Below, piece after piece: positions 9,706 through 19,540 of a stretch of 64,000 nucleotides of DNA (within the stretch, counting starts at the first letter, position 1; each line of letters starts with the position of its first letter). Below the pieces are notes generated by a model. That model saw only the letters and a program-made list of their open reading frames with translations, ran no database searches and had not been told where the DNA came from. Both the position numbers and the translations under genes were made by a program. Source of the DNA: Thermoanaerobaculia bacterium (GTDB taxonomy: Bacteria > Acidobacteriota > Thermoanaerobaculia > Multivoradales > Multivoraceae); assembly GCA_963666565.1 (NCBI GenBank), contig OY762911.1, forward strand, positions 1,120,001 to 1,184,000, given 5' to 3'.

Positions 9706-10620
9706 CTACATCTCCAGCACAACTTCCTTCTTCGCGTTCGACTCGAGCGACTGGACCTTGCGCTTCAGGTACTTGTTCAACTGCCGGTCGTAGCGGCTCG
9801 TCGCGCCGGCGTGCCGCGCCCGCACGTACGGCTCCCAGCGGGCCTCTCCGGCCGCCTCCACCCGGTCGCCCATCACCGTGACCCGCTGGATGATCCGCTC
9901 CTCGTCGAAGTCGTTCAGCACGAAGTGCTGCGTGCACCGGTTGTCCCACATGGCGAGCGTGCCCTGCCGCCAGCGGTAGCGAACCGTGAAGCGCGTGTTC
10001 GTCGCCCAGCGCGTCAGGTAACCGAGCAGGTGTTCGCTCTCCTCGTGGCTGAGTTCGACGATGCGCCGCGTGAAGTGCTCGTTGACGAACAGCGACTTCC
10101 GGCCGGTCTCCGGATGGACGCGGACGACCGGGTGGATCGTCATCTTCTTCGGCTTGCCGTGCGGCGTCGCGTCGTGGAGCGCGGTCAGGCCCTCGCAGAG
10201 ATCCTGCAGCGGCGGCGAGAGTTCCTCGTAGGCCCTGTACATGTTGGCCCACATCGTGTCGCCGCCGACCTCCGGGCACTTGACCATGTTCAGGATGGCC
10301 ATCACCGAGGGGCTCTCCTGGAAGCTGATGTCGCTGTGCCACTCGTCCGCGACGCCGCCGCGAGTCGCCACCAGCTCGAAGACCTCGGGGTGCTCGAGGA
10401 ACGGGTTGTTCAGGTGCGGGTGCCCTTCCAGCTCGCCGAAGTGGCGGCCGAAGGCGACGTGCTGCGCCACGTCCAGATGCTGGTCGGGAAAGAAGAGCAC
10501 CTGATGGTCCAGCAGCAGGCCGCGGATCGTTGCGGCCTCGTCCGGGCCGGCCTCGGCCAGCGGCAGATCGTGGATCTCCGCGCCCAGGGATCCGGAGAGG
10601 CGTACGACTCGATGACTCAT
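9706..10620 (-). CDS. TauD/TfdA-family alpha-ketoglutarate-dependent dioxygenase
   Basis: 'WHSDIS' (HxD), 'GGDT', 'HPVVRVHPETGRKSLFVN', 'WDNRCTQH'. Confidence 0.92.
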   Translation of the reverse strand: MSHRVVRLSGSLGAEIHDLPLAEAGPDEAATIRGLLLDHQVLFFPDQHLDVAQHVAFGRHFGELEGHPHLNNPFLEHPEVFELVATRGGVADEWHSDISFQESPSVMAILNMVKCPEVGGDTMWANMYRAYEELSPPLQDLCEGLTALHDATPHGKPKKMTIHPVVRVHPETGRKSLFVNEHFTRRIVELSHEESEHLLGYLTRWATNTRFTVRYRWRQGTLAMWDNRCTQHFVLNDFDEERIIQRVTVMGDRVEAAGEARWEPYVRARHAGATSRYDRQLNKYLKRKVQSLESNAKKEVVLEM

Positions 10621-10676
10621 GGAGTTCTCCTGCGGTTGGAAGGGCGAGGCTATCCCGTGTCGCGTCGCGGGCGGCG

Positions 10677-11642
10677 ATGAAGCACTTCCGCGAGGTCTAC
10701 GGACCGGAGTTCGGCACCTTCTCCCAGGGCTGCGCGAACCTGAACGACGTCGCCGACGACCCCGAGGCGATTCGGGCCGCGCGCCAGTGCGTGGCCGACG
10801 GCTACTACAAGACGGCCATCTACCGGGACACAGTCTCCAAGCACCCGGTGAAGATCACCGCGGAGACGATCGCCGGCGTCTACACCGAGGTGTTCGTCCC
10901 TGAACGGGGAGTCGCCGAGGAGAAGGAAGACCGGCTGCTGATCAGCATTCACGGCGGCGGCTTCCGCGTTGGCGCCCGCTACTTCAGCCAGACGGAGGCG
11001 ATGCAGGTCGCCGACATGGGCGGCTACAGGGTGATCAGCCCCGACTACCGGATGGCGCCGGAGGCCACCCATCCGGCGGGCGTCGAGGACGTCATCGCCG
11101 TCTACAAGGCGATGCTCGAGGACTACGAGGCGTCGAAGATCGGCATCTACGGCTGCTCGGCCGGCGCCATGCTCACGGCACAGACGGTCGCCTACATCCT
11201 GGAGAACGACCTGCCGCTGCCGGGCGCGATCGGTCTCTTCTGCGCCGGGATACCGACCACCGACGGCGACACCCCGGGCGTCTTCAAGATGGGCCGCAGC
11301 GAGAGCGCTTTCCTGGTGTCCGCGATCAACGGCTTCCCACGCCCGGTCGAGCCGGCGGAGCCGCCCCAGCCGAGCGGCTACTTCCGCGGCGTGGCAGCCG
11401 GCGACCACGACGACCTGCTCGCCCGCTTCCCGCCGCCGCTACTCATCAGCGGCACGCGCGACTTCGCCCTCGGCGGCGTCCTGGCCAGCCACAACAAGCT
11501 GGTCAGCCTCGGCGTCGAGGCGGACCTGCACGTCTGGGAAGGTCTCAGGCACGCGACGTTCGCGTTCAACCCGCGTCTCCCCGAGTCGGACGAAGTGCAT
11601 AACGTGATCGTGCGCTTCTTCGACCGGCACCTGTCCCGGTAG
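10677..11642 (+). CDS. Alpha/beta hydrolase, HSL family esterase
   Basis: 'HGGGF', 'DYRMAPE', nucleophile 'GCSAG', 'GTRD', 'EGLRH'. Confidence 0.85.
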   Translation: MKHFREVYGPEFGTFSQGCANLNDVADDPEAIRAARQCVADGYYKTAIYRDTVSKHPVKITAETIAGVYTEVFVPERGVAEEKEDRLLISIHGGGFRVGARYFSQTEAMQVADMGGYRVISPDYRMAPEATHPAGVEDVIAVYKAMLEDYEASKIGIYGCSAGAMLTAQTVAYILENDLPLPGAIGLFCAGIPTTDGDTPGVFKMGRSESAFLVSAINGFPRPVEPAEPPQPSGYFRGVAAGDHDDLLARFPPPLLISGTRDFALGGVLASHNKLVSLGVEADLHVWEGLRHATFAFNPRLPESDEVHNVIVRFFDRHLSR

Positions 11643-11648
11643 TAGACG

Positions 11649-13289
11649 TCAGTTGTACCAGTAGATGTGCTCGTCGTCCGGAGCGTCCGGCTCGAGCAGC
11701 GTCTTGTCGATGTTGACCGGGCTTCGGGTGGCCCAGGGCCAGATCGGCGGCGCCTGCTCCTCGTTGTGTGCGGCGAGGAGCTTCTTCAGGGCCGCGACCC
11801 GCTCCGGCTCGGAGTCGGCGAGGTTGTGCTGCTCGGTGGGGTCCTTCTTCATGTTGAAGAGCCATACGCCCCCGGGGGGTTCGCTGATCTGGAGCTTCCA
11901 GCCGTCGGCGAGGACGACCTGATAGTCGCCGGTGCGCCAGAACAGACGCTCGTGGGGCGCGCCCTCGACCTCGCCCAGGACGTGCGGCACCAGGTCGACG
12001 CCGTCGATCTTCCGGTCGTCCGGCAGATCGACTCCCGCCGCGGCCGCCGCGGTCGAGAAGATGTCGAAGCCGTGCACCGGGGCTTCGTAGACTTGGCCTG
12101 CGCCGAGGCGAGCGGGCCACTTCAGGAGGAACGGCACGTGGATGCCGCCCTCGAAGAAACTGATCTTCCAGCCGCGGAACGGCTCGTTGACGCGCGGCAG
12201 ACCGATGTAGGCGGGCGCCCCGTTGTCGGAGGTGAAGAAGACAAGCGTGTTCTCTTCGAGGCCGTTCTCGCGCAGCGCCTCGAGCACCCGGCCGACGCTG
12301 CGGTCTAGCGAGCGGACCATCGCGGCGTAGACCCGCAGGCGATGCTCCTCGATATGGGACAGCGCCTCGTAGTCGGCGCGCAGCGCCTGGAGCGGCGTAT
12401 GCACCGCCCAGTGCGCCAGGTAGAGAAGGAACGGCCGGTCCTTGTTCGCCTCGATGACCTGGACCGCCTGGTCGGTGTAGTAGTCGGTCAGGTACCCGCC
12501 GGGCTCGAAGGGGGGACTGTCGTTGAACGACGCCTCGTAGCGCATGAAGCGCCACAGGAAACGGTCGATCCCGTCGAACTCCTGCTTCGAGTTGACGACG
12601 TTCGGGTCGTCCTCGGGCAGGTACAGGCCGCTCCTCATCAGCAGGCTCTCGTCGAAGCCCTGCTCGTGGGCTCGCATGCCGTCGCCCCTGCCGAGGTGCC
12701 ACTTGCCGATGTGCACGGTGTGGTAGCCGGCCGGCTTGAGCAGTTCGGCGAGCGTGATCTCGGACGGCGGCACGCCCTTCTCGTCGATGGGAACCGAAGC
12801 CCCTTCCGTGTTGCCGGTCGTCTGCCGGAGCCTGCCTTCCGTGCTTGAGAGCCGGGGCACCATCGTGGCGAACCCCGGCGGCGTCGGCGTGAACTCGAAA
12901 CCGAAGCGGGTGCCGTAGCGGCCGGTCATGAGCGCGGCCCGCGACGGGGCGCAGGTGCCGTTGGCCGAGTAGCCGTTGGCGAAGTGGACGCCGTCGCGTG
13001 CCAGGGAGTCGATGTGGGGGGTCGGCACCGTGCCGCCCGCGACGCCGCCCCCGAGCCAGCTCAGGTCGTTCCAGCCCAGGTCGTCGGCGAGGATGACGAC
13101 GATGTTGGGCGGCCTCTCCCCGGCGGGCCGTCCCTGGGGATCGGCGCCGGACTGCCAGTCGATCGGTTGGGTCGGACCGATCTCGGCGGGCTGAAACTGT
13201 GCAGCCGCGCCCGCGGCGCCGGCCGCGAGGGCGGCCGCGAGTCCGAGAGCGACCATGTGGCGTCGAGTCGTATCCGGGCGTCGTCTCAT
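11649..13289 (-). CDS. Formylglycine-dependent sulfatase, secreted
   Basis: 'PNIVVILADDLG', 'CAPSRAALMTGR', 'GKWHLG', 'SDNG'. Confidence 0.93.
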   Translation of the reverse strand: MRRRPDTTRRHMVALGLAAALAAGAAGAAAQFQPAEIGPTQPIDWQSGADPQGRPAGERPPNIVVILADDLGWNDLSWLGGGVAGGTVPTPHIDSLARDGVHFANGYSANGTCAPSRAALMTGRYGTRFGFEFTPTPPGFATMVPRLSSTEGRLRQTTGNTEGASVPIDEKGVPPSEITLAELLKPAGYHTVHIGKWHLGRGDGMRAHEQGFDESLLMRSGLYLPEDDPNVVNSKQEFDGIDRFLWRFMRYEASFNDSPPFEPGGYLTDYYTDQAVQVIEANKDRPFLLYLAHWAVHTPLQALRADYEALSHIEEHRLRVYAAMVRSLDRSVGRVLEALRENGLEENTLVFFTSDNGAPAYIGLPRVNEPFRGWKISFFEGGIHVPFLLKWPARLGAGQVYEAPVHGFDIFSTAAAAAGVDLPDDRKIDGVDLVPHVLGEVEGAPHERLFWRTGDYQVVLADGWKLQISEPPGGVWLFNMKKDPTEQHNLADSEPERVAALKKLLAAHNEEQAPPIWPWATRSPVNIDKTLLEPDAPDDEHIYWYN

Positions 13290-13363
13290 GGGTGCTGTCC
13301 CTTCAGTTGTTACGGAGGGCGAGCCTAGCGCGGCGGAAGGTCCAGAAGCCGGCGCGTCTCCCT

Positions 13364-13405
13364 GGCCGCCTTCGGCGGCAGCGGGTCAGAAGACCCGCGC
13401 ACCCA
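13364..13405 (-). repeat. REP-like element, right-arm form
   Basis: GGCCGCCTTCGGCGGCAGCGGGTCAGAAGACCCGCGCACCCA. Confidence 0.85.
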
Positions 13406-13566
13406 ACAGACGGTCAGTTCGCTGCGCGACAGCGCAGCCGGACGGCTGCGAGTACTCCTGGCGCTTGAGGTTGAGCGCCTGTGCCGGTTGATGACGCGGA
13501 GCACGGCTGGTACGGTCTGCCACCGCGACTCCGGTACGCGAATCACCGACAGAGGGAGCCTCGACC

Positions 13567-14784
13567 ATGAAGACAGGCCGACTTCGATTCGCCCTGCTCG
13601 CGCTCGTTCCGATGTTTCTGGCCGTCCCGGCGTTTTCCCAGGACGTCGACGGGAACGAGAACGAGAGAGTGAAGGGCGCGCACGAGAACCAGTCGCCGGA
13701 GGCGCGGCAGGACGATCTCGGCATCACCGTGCCCGTGCCGACGAGCCACCCGGGCCGCCGCTACCCGGCGGAACACGAGTTCCCGACCGGCCCGGCCATC
13801 GGCGAGCGACTGCCCGAGTTCGAGCTGCCCAACCAGGACGGCGAGCTGATCGACTTCCATGCGGACCGGGGCGACTCGAAGGCGGTCGTCGTCTTCTACC
13901 GCTCCGCCGTCTGGTGACCGTACTGCCGCACGCAGCTGGTCGAGCTGCAAGACAACCTGGACCTCTTCGACGCCGAGGACATCAAGGTCTACGGCATCAG
14001 CTACGACACGCAGGAGCAGTTGAAGGCCTTTGCGGAGGATCGCGACGTCACCTACGACCTGCTCTCCGATGCCGACTCGGCGGTCATCAAGCGCTTCGGC
14101 ATCCTGAACACGACGATCGACCCCGACGCGGACGTGCTCAACCGTGCGACGCAGAAGGGGTTCTACGGCATTCCCTTCCCGGGCGTCTACGTCGCTGACC
14201 GCGACGGCCGGGTGACCGAGAAGTTCTTCCACCGCCACTACGCGACGCGCACGTCGGCGGGGACGATTCGCGACAGCGCGATCGGCCGCATCCTCGCCAA
14301 GCACGAGGTTCCCGCCGCCGAACTGGGAGACGAGCACGTCGAGGTCTCCGTCTTCCTCGCCGACGAGGCGCTCAAGTTCGAGTACACGAGCACCCTCCAC
14401 GTGCGGTTCGAGGTCGCCGACGGCTACCACATCTACGCGGAACCGCTGCCCGACGGCTTCATCGCCTCCACGGCGACCGTCGTGCCGACCAAGGGGGTGA
14501 GGCTCGGCGAGCCGGTCTATCCGCCGACGTCCGAGCGCGAGTTTCCTGAACTCGGCGTGACGCTCAACGTCTACGAGGAAGGCACGACCGACATCGCCAT
14601 CCCGATCGCGCTGAACGCCGAGATTCTCAACTGGCCGATTCAGGACAAGCCGACCGAGATCGAGATCCCGGTCGACGTCGTCTACCAGGCCTGCAGCGAG
14701 ACGGTCTGCTACGTGCCGAAGGAAGAGACGGTCGTGCTCAAGGCGCCGATCGAGCCGCTGGTGATGCCGGGTCGGCGCAGATAG
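13567..14784 (+). CDS. Secreted AhpC/TSA (Prx-like) protein with C-terminal DsbD-N-like domain; putative selenoprotein (TGA 13915-13917, UxxC)
   Basis: ORFs 13567..13917 and 14020..14784 are in the same frame; read-through gives 'VVVFYRSAVW-U-PYCRTQLVELQ'; SECIS-like hairpin follows. Confidence 0.85.
13918..13948 (+). promoter_or_regulatory. Putative bacterial SECIS element
   Basis: 14 nt after TGA: stem GCAGCT, loop GGTCG, stem AGCTGC. Confidence 0.65.
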
Positions 14785-14996
14785 CGCCGTCAGCCGTCGC
14801 CTGGTCTGCCGCCTAGGCCGGTCGGATCGAAGGGAGGGGGATCCGGCGGTCGCTCGCGCTTGATTGGTGGACGGGAAGTCAGCGCTCGCTTCGGTCGGCT
14901 GCGCTACGGGAGGTCGTGGTTCAGGGCGACGATCTCGGGAGTGCATGGGGACTAGAATCTCCTTGGCTCAAGCACGGCGAGAGGGATTGTTGACCC

Positions 14997-16336
14997 ATGA
15001 CGGAGCGCCACATCGTCCAGGCCGAAACCCCCTGCGGGACGACACCGGGCTACATGCCCGGGTACGGCAACGACTTCGAGACCGAAGCGCTGCCGGGAGC
15101 GCTGCCGCAGGGAACAGCCCGCAGCGCTGCGCGTACGGCCTCTACGCTGAACAGCTCTCGGGGACGCCGTTCACTGCGCCCCAGGGTGAGAACGAGCGGA
15201 CCTGGTGCTACCGCATCCGCCCCTCGGTCAGGCATTCGTCGCGCTTTCGGAGCATCGACCTGCCGTACTGGCGTTCGGCGCCCCACATCGTCGACGACGT
15301 CGTCTCGCTCGGTCAGTACCGCTGGGACCCGGTGCCCCACACGGCGGAGGCGCTGACCTTCCTGACCGGCATGCGCACGATGACGACCGCCGGCGACGTG
15401 AACACCCAGGTCGGGATGGCCGCCCACATCTATCTCGCCACCGAGAGCATGGTCGACGAGTACTTCTACTCGGCCGACTCGGAGATGCTGGTCGTGCCGC
15501 AGGAGGGCCGGCTCGTCTTCTGGACGGAACTCGGACGGATCGACCTGGAGCCGCGCGAGATCGCGATCCTGCCGCGCGGCATGGTCTTTCGCGTCGAGGT
15601 CGCGGACGGCCCGGCCCGGGGCTTCGTGTGCGAGAACTACGGAGCGAAGTTCCGCCTGCCCGACCGCGGACCGATCGGCGCCAACTGCCTCGCCAACCCC
15701 CGCGACTTCAAGACGCCCGTCGCGGCGTTCGAGGATCGCGAGGTCCCGTCACGGCTGGCGGTCAAGTGGTGCGGCCGCTTTCATGCGTCGGACATCGAGC
15801 AGTCGCCGCTCGACATCGTCGCCTGGCACGGCAACTACGCGCCTTCGAAGTACGGCCTGGGGGCCTTCGCGCCGGTCGGCGCGATCCTCTTCGACCACCC
15901 CGACCCGTCCATCTTCACGGTCCTGACCGCGCCGTCGGGCGTGCCCGGCACCGCCAACATCGACTTCGTGCTCTTTCGCGATCGCTGGAGCGTCGCGGAG
16001 CACACCTTCCGGCCGCCCTGGTACCATAAGAACGTCATGTCGGAGCTGATGGGCAACATCTACGGCATCTACGACGCCAAGCCGGAGGGCTTCGTGCCGG
16101 GCGGCCTGTCGCTGCACAACATGATGCTGCCCCACGGCCCCGACGCCGACGCCTTCGAGGCCGCGACGTCCGCCGAACTGGCGCCGAGGAAGCTCGAGAA
16201 CACGATGAGCTTCATGTTCGAGACCCGCTTCCCGCAGCACCTGACCGAGTTCGCGGCCCGCGAGGCGCCGCTCCAGGACGACTACACGGACTGCTGGACG
16301 GGGCTCGAGAAGCGCTTCGACCCGGGCGACTGCTGA
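14997..16336 (+). pseudogene. hmgA: Homogentisate 1,2-dioxygenase, frameshifted near 15111-15113 (pseudogene or assembly error)
   Basis: '[21 protein letters not shown]' in one frame, '[18 protein letters not shown]...[15 protein letters not shown]...[11 protein letters not shown]' in the -1 frame. Confidence 0.8.
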
Positions 16337-17181
16337 TGGCGATGAGGACGTTTCTCTACTTTGTCGCAGGGAGCCTGGCGGCGATGATGCCTGTCGCGCA
16401 GGCTGCCCACGGCGAAACGGCGCGCCCGCTGTCGGCCTTCTTCGGGTTGGACAACGCCCTGCCGGCCGGGGCGAATTTCCTCTGCCAGGGCGCATCCGGG
16501 CAGGACGGCATGCCGATCGTGCTGTCCCATACCGTGGACGCGGAAACCTTGCAGCCCGAGGACTTCCGGATCGTCACGCGGTCCGGGTCCGAACGCACTC
16601 CCCTCTGCTCGACCCTCCGGCCGGCCGGCGATCCAGGCGAACTCAGGACCGTGCTCCTCATCGGTGAGTTCGGCGACGCGGCCGGCGACCCGCCGGCGAG
16701 AGCGCTCGTTGTCGGCGACCTGTTCTCGGATGGAGCGGCGGGCGATCCGGTGAACTTCCGCGGAACGGAGACTGGCGTCACGCCGCTGGATGCCGGGCCC
16801 TCTCTCGTACTCGCGGAGGTGGTACCGGAGGACCGATGGGCGACGGAGAGCCGGGGGTCGGCGTGTCCGGAGGGCATCCAACAGGTGGTCCGGGCGACCT
16901 GGGCCGGCGGCGTGCGACTGCCGGATGGCGCCGACGCTGGCGATGCCGAGCGCGCCCTCTATCGCGTGACCGTGAAGCGCCCGGACGGCTCGACCGACGA
17001 GATCGTTCCGGCGGCGCTCGCGGATCTGGGGGACAACGACAACAACCACCTTCTGTGCCTCGATACGGCCGCCCCGGCGGTCTCGGTCAGCTTCCCGGGC
17101 GGTCATCTGGTAGACCCCAATCGGGATCTGAATCCGGATACGCGCGTTGCGGTCGGCGGTGCTGCTGGTGAGGCGCCCTGA
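16336..17181 (+). CDS. Secreted hypothetical protein
   Basis: Start overlaps the hmgA stop; signal peptide 'AAMMPVAQA'; no family recognised. Confidence 0.7.
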   Translation: MAMRTFLYFVAGSLAAMMPVAQAAHGETARPLSAFFGLDNALPAGANFLCQGASGQDGMPIVLSHTVDAETLQPEDFRIVTRSGSERTPLCSTLRPAGDPGELRTVLLIGEFGDAAGDPPARALVVGDLFSDGAAGDPVNFRGTETGVTPLDAGPSLVLAEVVPEDRWATESRGSACPEGIQQVVRATWAGGVRLPDGADAGDAERALYRVTVKRPDGSTDEIVPAALADLGDNDNNHLLCLDTAAPAVSVSFPGGHLVDPNRDLNPDTRVAVGGAAGEAP

Positions 17182-17246
17182 CCGTTTCCGCCGACGTGCC
17201 GCCGGTGTCTTGACGGGCTCGCCGCTTCGCGGCATCGCGCTTGGTT

Positions 17247-17268
17247 CGGGTCGGAAGACCCGCGCACC
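17247..17268 (-). repeat. REP-like core copy
   Basis: CGGGTCGGAAGACCCGCGCACC. Confidence 0.8.
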
Positions 17269-17296
17269 GACAGGCGCCTTGGAAGTGTGTGAGCAC

Positions 17297-17479
17297 TCGT
17301 ACGGGATTCGTTCGCCTCATTGGCGCTTTGCGCCGATGTGCCGCCGAGATCCCGCACGGGCTCCCTCGTGCGCCGGGGCGCTGGTAGGCGTTCGCGGGAT
17401 TCGTTCGCCTCATTGGCGCTTTGCGCCAATGAGCCGCCGAGATCACGTACGGGCTGTCAGCGCGCGCCGCGGCGCGCGC
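17297..17479 (-). repeat. Two ~95-bp tandem units downstream of tRNA-Glu, each ending in a copy of the tRNA 3' end
   Basis: CGGGATTCG at 17302, 17395 and 17492 (the last inside the tRNA); shared CTCATTGGCGCTTTGCGCC(A/G)ATG palindrome. Confidence 0.8.
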
Positions 17480-17555
17480 TGGTAGCCCGTACGGGATTCG
17501 AACCCGTGTTACTGGCGTGAGAGGCCAGCGTCCTAGACCCCTAGACGAACGGGCC
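17480..17555 (-). tRNA. tRNA-Glu(CTC)
   Basis: GGCCCGT...CTGGC-CT-CTC-AC-GCCAG...GGTTCGAATCC...ACGGGCT-A-CCA, 76 nt. Confidence 0.96.
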
Positions 17556-17656
17556 ACGCGTGCGCAGGGCCGCACAACTTAGCACAGTCGGCCCGTCTCC
17601 GGCGCGGGCGGCGGGCCCGGAATCACGCCTTCCCGCGGTGGTGTTAGGTTGCCGTA

Positions 17657-19540
17657 GTGTCTCTCCCACCCGGCATCTCCCGCTGCGCCGCCGGCCTGCT
17701 GGCGGCTGCCCTGGGGCTCCTGCCGTTTGCCCCGGCGTTGGCGCAGAGAGACGACGAGCCGGAGACGGAGATCCTCTCCCACGAACAGGGCACGATCGTC
17801 GTCGACCGCGACGCCGCGCCCCTGCCCTGGGCAGTCTCGTCGTCCGGTCCGCTCGTCGCGCTGGGCCCCGTGGTCGAGACGCTGGGAGGCGATCTGGAGA
17901 GGGGGCCGCTCGGCGAGGCGCACACGCTGCGGGTAGCGGGCCGGGAGGTCGTGCTCGGTCCCCTGAGCCGGACGGTCACGGTCGACGGCGAGATCCACAA
18001 CCTGTCGATCCGCCCGTGGATCGAACCGGAGCCCGTGTACCCGGACGAGGAGGAGGACGAAGACGACGCCGCGGACACCGGGGCGGGCGGGGAACCGGAA
18101 GGAGCGCCTTCCGGACCGGCCAGCGATCGGACCGAGCCGGCGGCCGGCAGAGCGGAGGAAGAGGCCAGGCCGGGCGACGACGGGGAAGACGACGGGGCCG
18201 GGCTTGGGAACGATCGGGCCGACCCGGAGCGGCCGGACGGCGAGGACGAACCCGAACGGCTCGAGCCGCGCCGCCTGTACGTTCCCATCGACGCCCTCGC
18301 GCGGGCCTACCCGGAGACGCTCGGTTACCGCTTCGACTTCGACCGGCGGCGCGGCCTGCTCCGGGTCGGCCGCGCCGGCGAACCCCGCCTCGACGTCGAG
18401 GTGCAGCGCGTCCACGACCTCGGCGCCACGACGCTGGTCGTGACCTTCTCCAGCCGGCCCCGCTTCCAGGTCGATCGCTACCCTGCGGGCCTGCGGCTGC
18501 GGCTCCTGAGCGGCGTCATGGGCCCGCGCCGCCGGGCGACGCTGAACGATCCCCTCGTCCGCTGGGTCGAGGTGCGGGAGCGCTCGGTCGACATCGGTCT
18601 GACGCCGGGGGCCGAAGCGTCCGAGCCGTATCTCCTCGGTCGTCCGCCGCGGGTCCAGGTCGTTCTCGACATCACGCGGGGCCGGCCGGGTCCGCGGCCG
18701 CGCGCCACGTCGCGGCCGGCCGAGGAGGCGCGGCGCGAGTTCCGGATCGTCCTCGATCCGGGTCACGGCGGCACGGACAACGGCGTGCGGGCGCCGGCCG
18801 GCCAGAGCGAGAAGGACCTCGCGCTCGGGATCGCCCAGGCGCTCGGGTCCTACCTGGAGCGCGACCTGGGTGCGCGCGTGGTGCTCAGCCGCGGCGGCGA
18901 CAGCGCCGTGACGCTGGAGAACCGGACCGCCCTGGCCAACCAGTACGAGGCCGACATCTTCCTCTCGCTGCACGTTCACGCCGGCGGGCCGCACACGCGG
19001 GGAAGCGCGTTCCAGACGTGGATTCTCGATCCGCCGCCCGCCTCGTTCGAGGAGGAAGAAGCGGCGGCCGCCGAGCCGGAGACCAAGGCAGCGGAGGACG
19101 AACCGGCTGCCGAGACGCCCGGCTTCGGACGACCCGGCGCCGCGGACGACGATGTCGGTGCGCCGGCCTTGGGAGCGGACGAACCGGCGGAAGAAGAGCC
19201 GCCCATCGCCATCCCGCCGCTCGAACCCTGGGACCGCGTACACGACGCCGCGCTCGAGCGGAGCGCCCTGCTGGCTCGGCTGATCCAGACGCAGGTGAGC
19301 GACGTCCTCGACCGCCGGAACCGCAGCGTCCGGCGCGCGCCCCTGCGGGTGCTGACCGGAGCGTCGATGCCGGCGGTGCTGATCGAGTTCGGGTACGAGG
19401 AGAGTGCGCGAGGCGAGACCCCGATCTTCCGGGGATCGCGCGGCCGCGAAGTGTTCGAGGCGATCGGCCGGGCGATCCGGATCTACCGCGGCGCCGCGAC
19501 CGCCGCTGCGCAGACGGCCGCGGGCGAGGAGCGCTCGTGA
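17657..19540 (+). CDS. N-acetylmuramoyl-L-alanine amidase (Amidase_3) with acidic low-complexity inserts
   Basis: 'IVLDPGHGG', 'EKDLAL', 'FLSLH', 'MPAVLIEFGY'; typical amidase-GerMN-murI-rph synteny. Confidence 0.88.
   Translation: MSLPPGISRCAAGLLAAALGLLPFAPALAQRDDEPETEILSHEQGTIVVDRDAAPLPWAVSSSGPLVALGPVVETLGGDLERGPLGEAHTLRVAGREVVLGPLSRTVTVDGEIHNLSIRPWIEPEPVYPDEEEDEDDAADTGAGGEPEGAPSGPASDRTEPAAGRAEEEARPGDDGEDDGAGLGNDRADPERPDGEDEPERLEPRRLYVPIDALARAYPETLGYRFDFDRRRGLLRVGRAGEPRLDVEVQRVHDLGATTLVVTFSSRPRFQVDRYPAGLRLRLLSGVMGPRRRATLNDPLVRWVEVRERSVDIGLTPGAEASEPYLLGRPPRVQVVLDITRGRPGPRPRATSRPAEEARREFRIVLDPGHGGTDNGVRAPAGQSEKDLALGIAQALGSYLERDLGARVVLSRGGDSAVTLENRTALANQYEADIFLSLHVHAGGPHTRGSAFQTWILDPPPASFEEEEAAAAEPETKAAEDEPAAETPGFGRPGAADDDVGAPALGADEPAEEEPPIAIPPLEPWDRVHDAALERSALLARLIQTQVSDVLDRRNRSVRRAPLRVLTGASMPAVLIEFGYEESARGETPIFRGSRGREVFEAIGRAIRIYRGAATAAAQTAAGEERS

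Noticed and set aside
13410-13560. Short hairpins upstream of the first selenoprotein as a riboswitch
   Set aside because: No recognisable aptamer motif or terminator; such stems are expected at this GC content
17297-17500. Possible CRISPR array or extra tRNA genes
   Set aside because: Only two units, similar along their whole length, containing just the tRNA 3' end and no cloverleaf
17560-19536. N-terminal part of the 972-aa ORF
   Set aside because: Shadow frame over the amidase; GerMN starts at GTG 19537 with a lipobox
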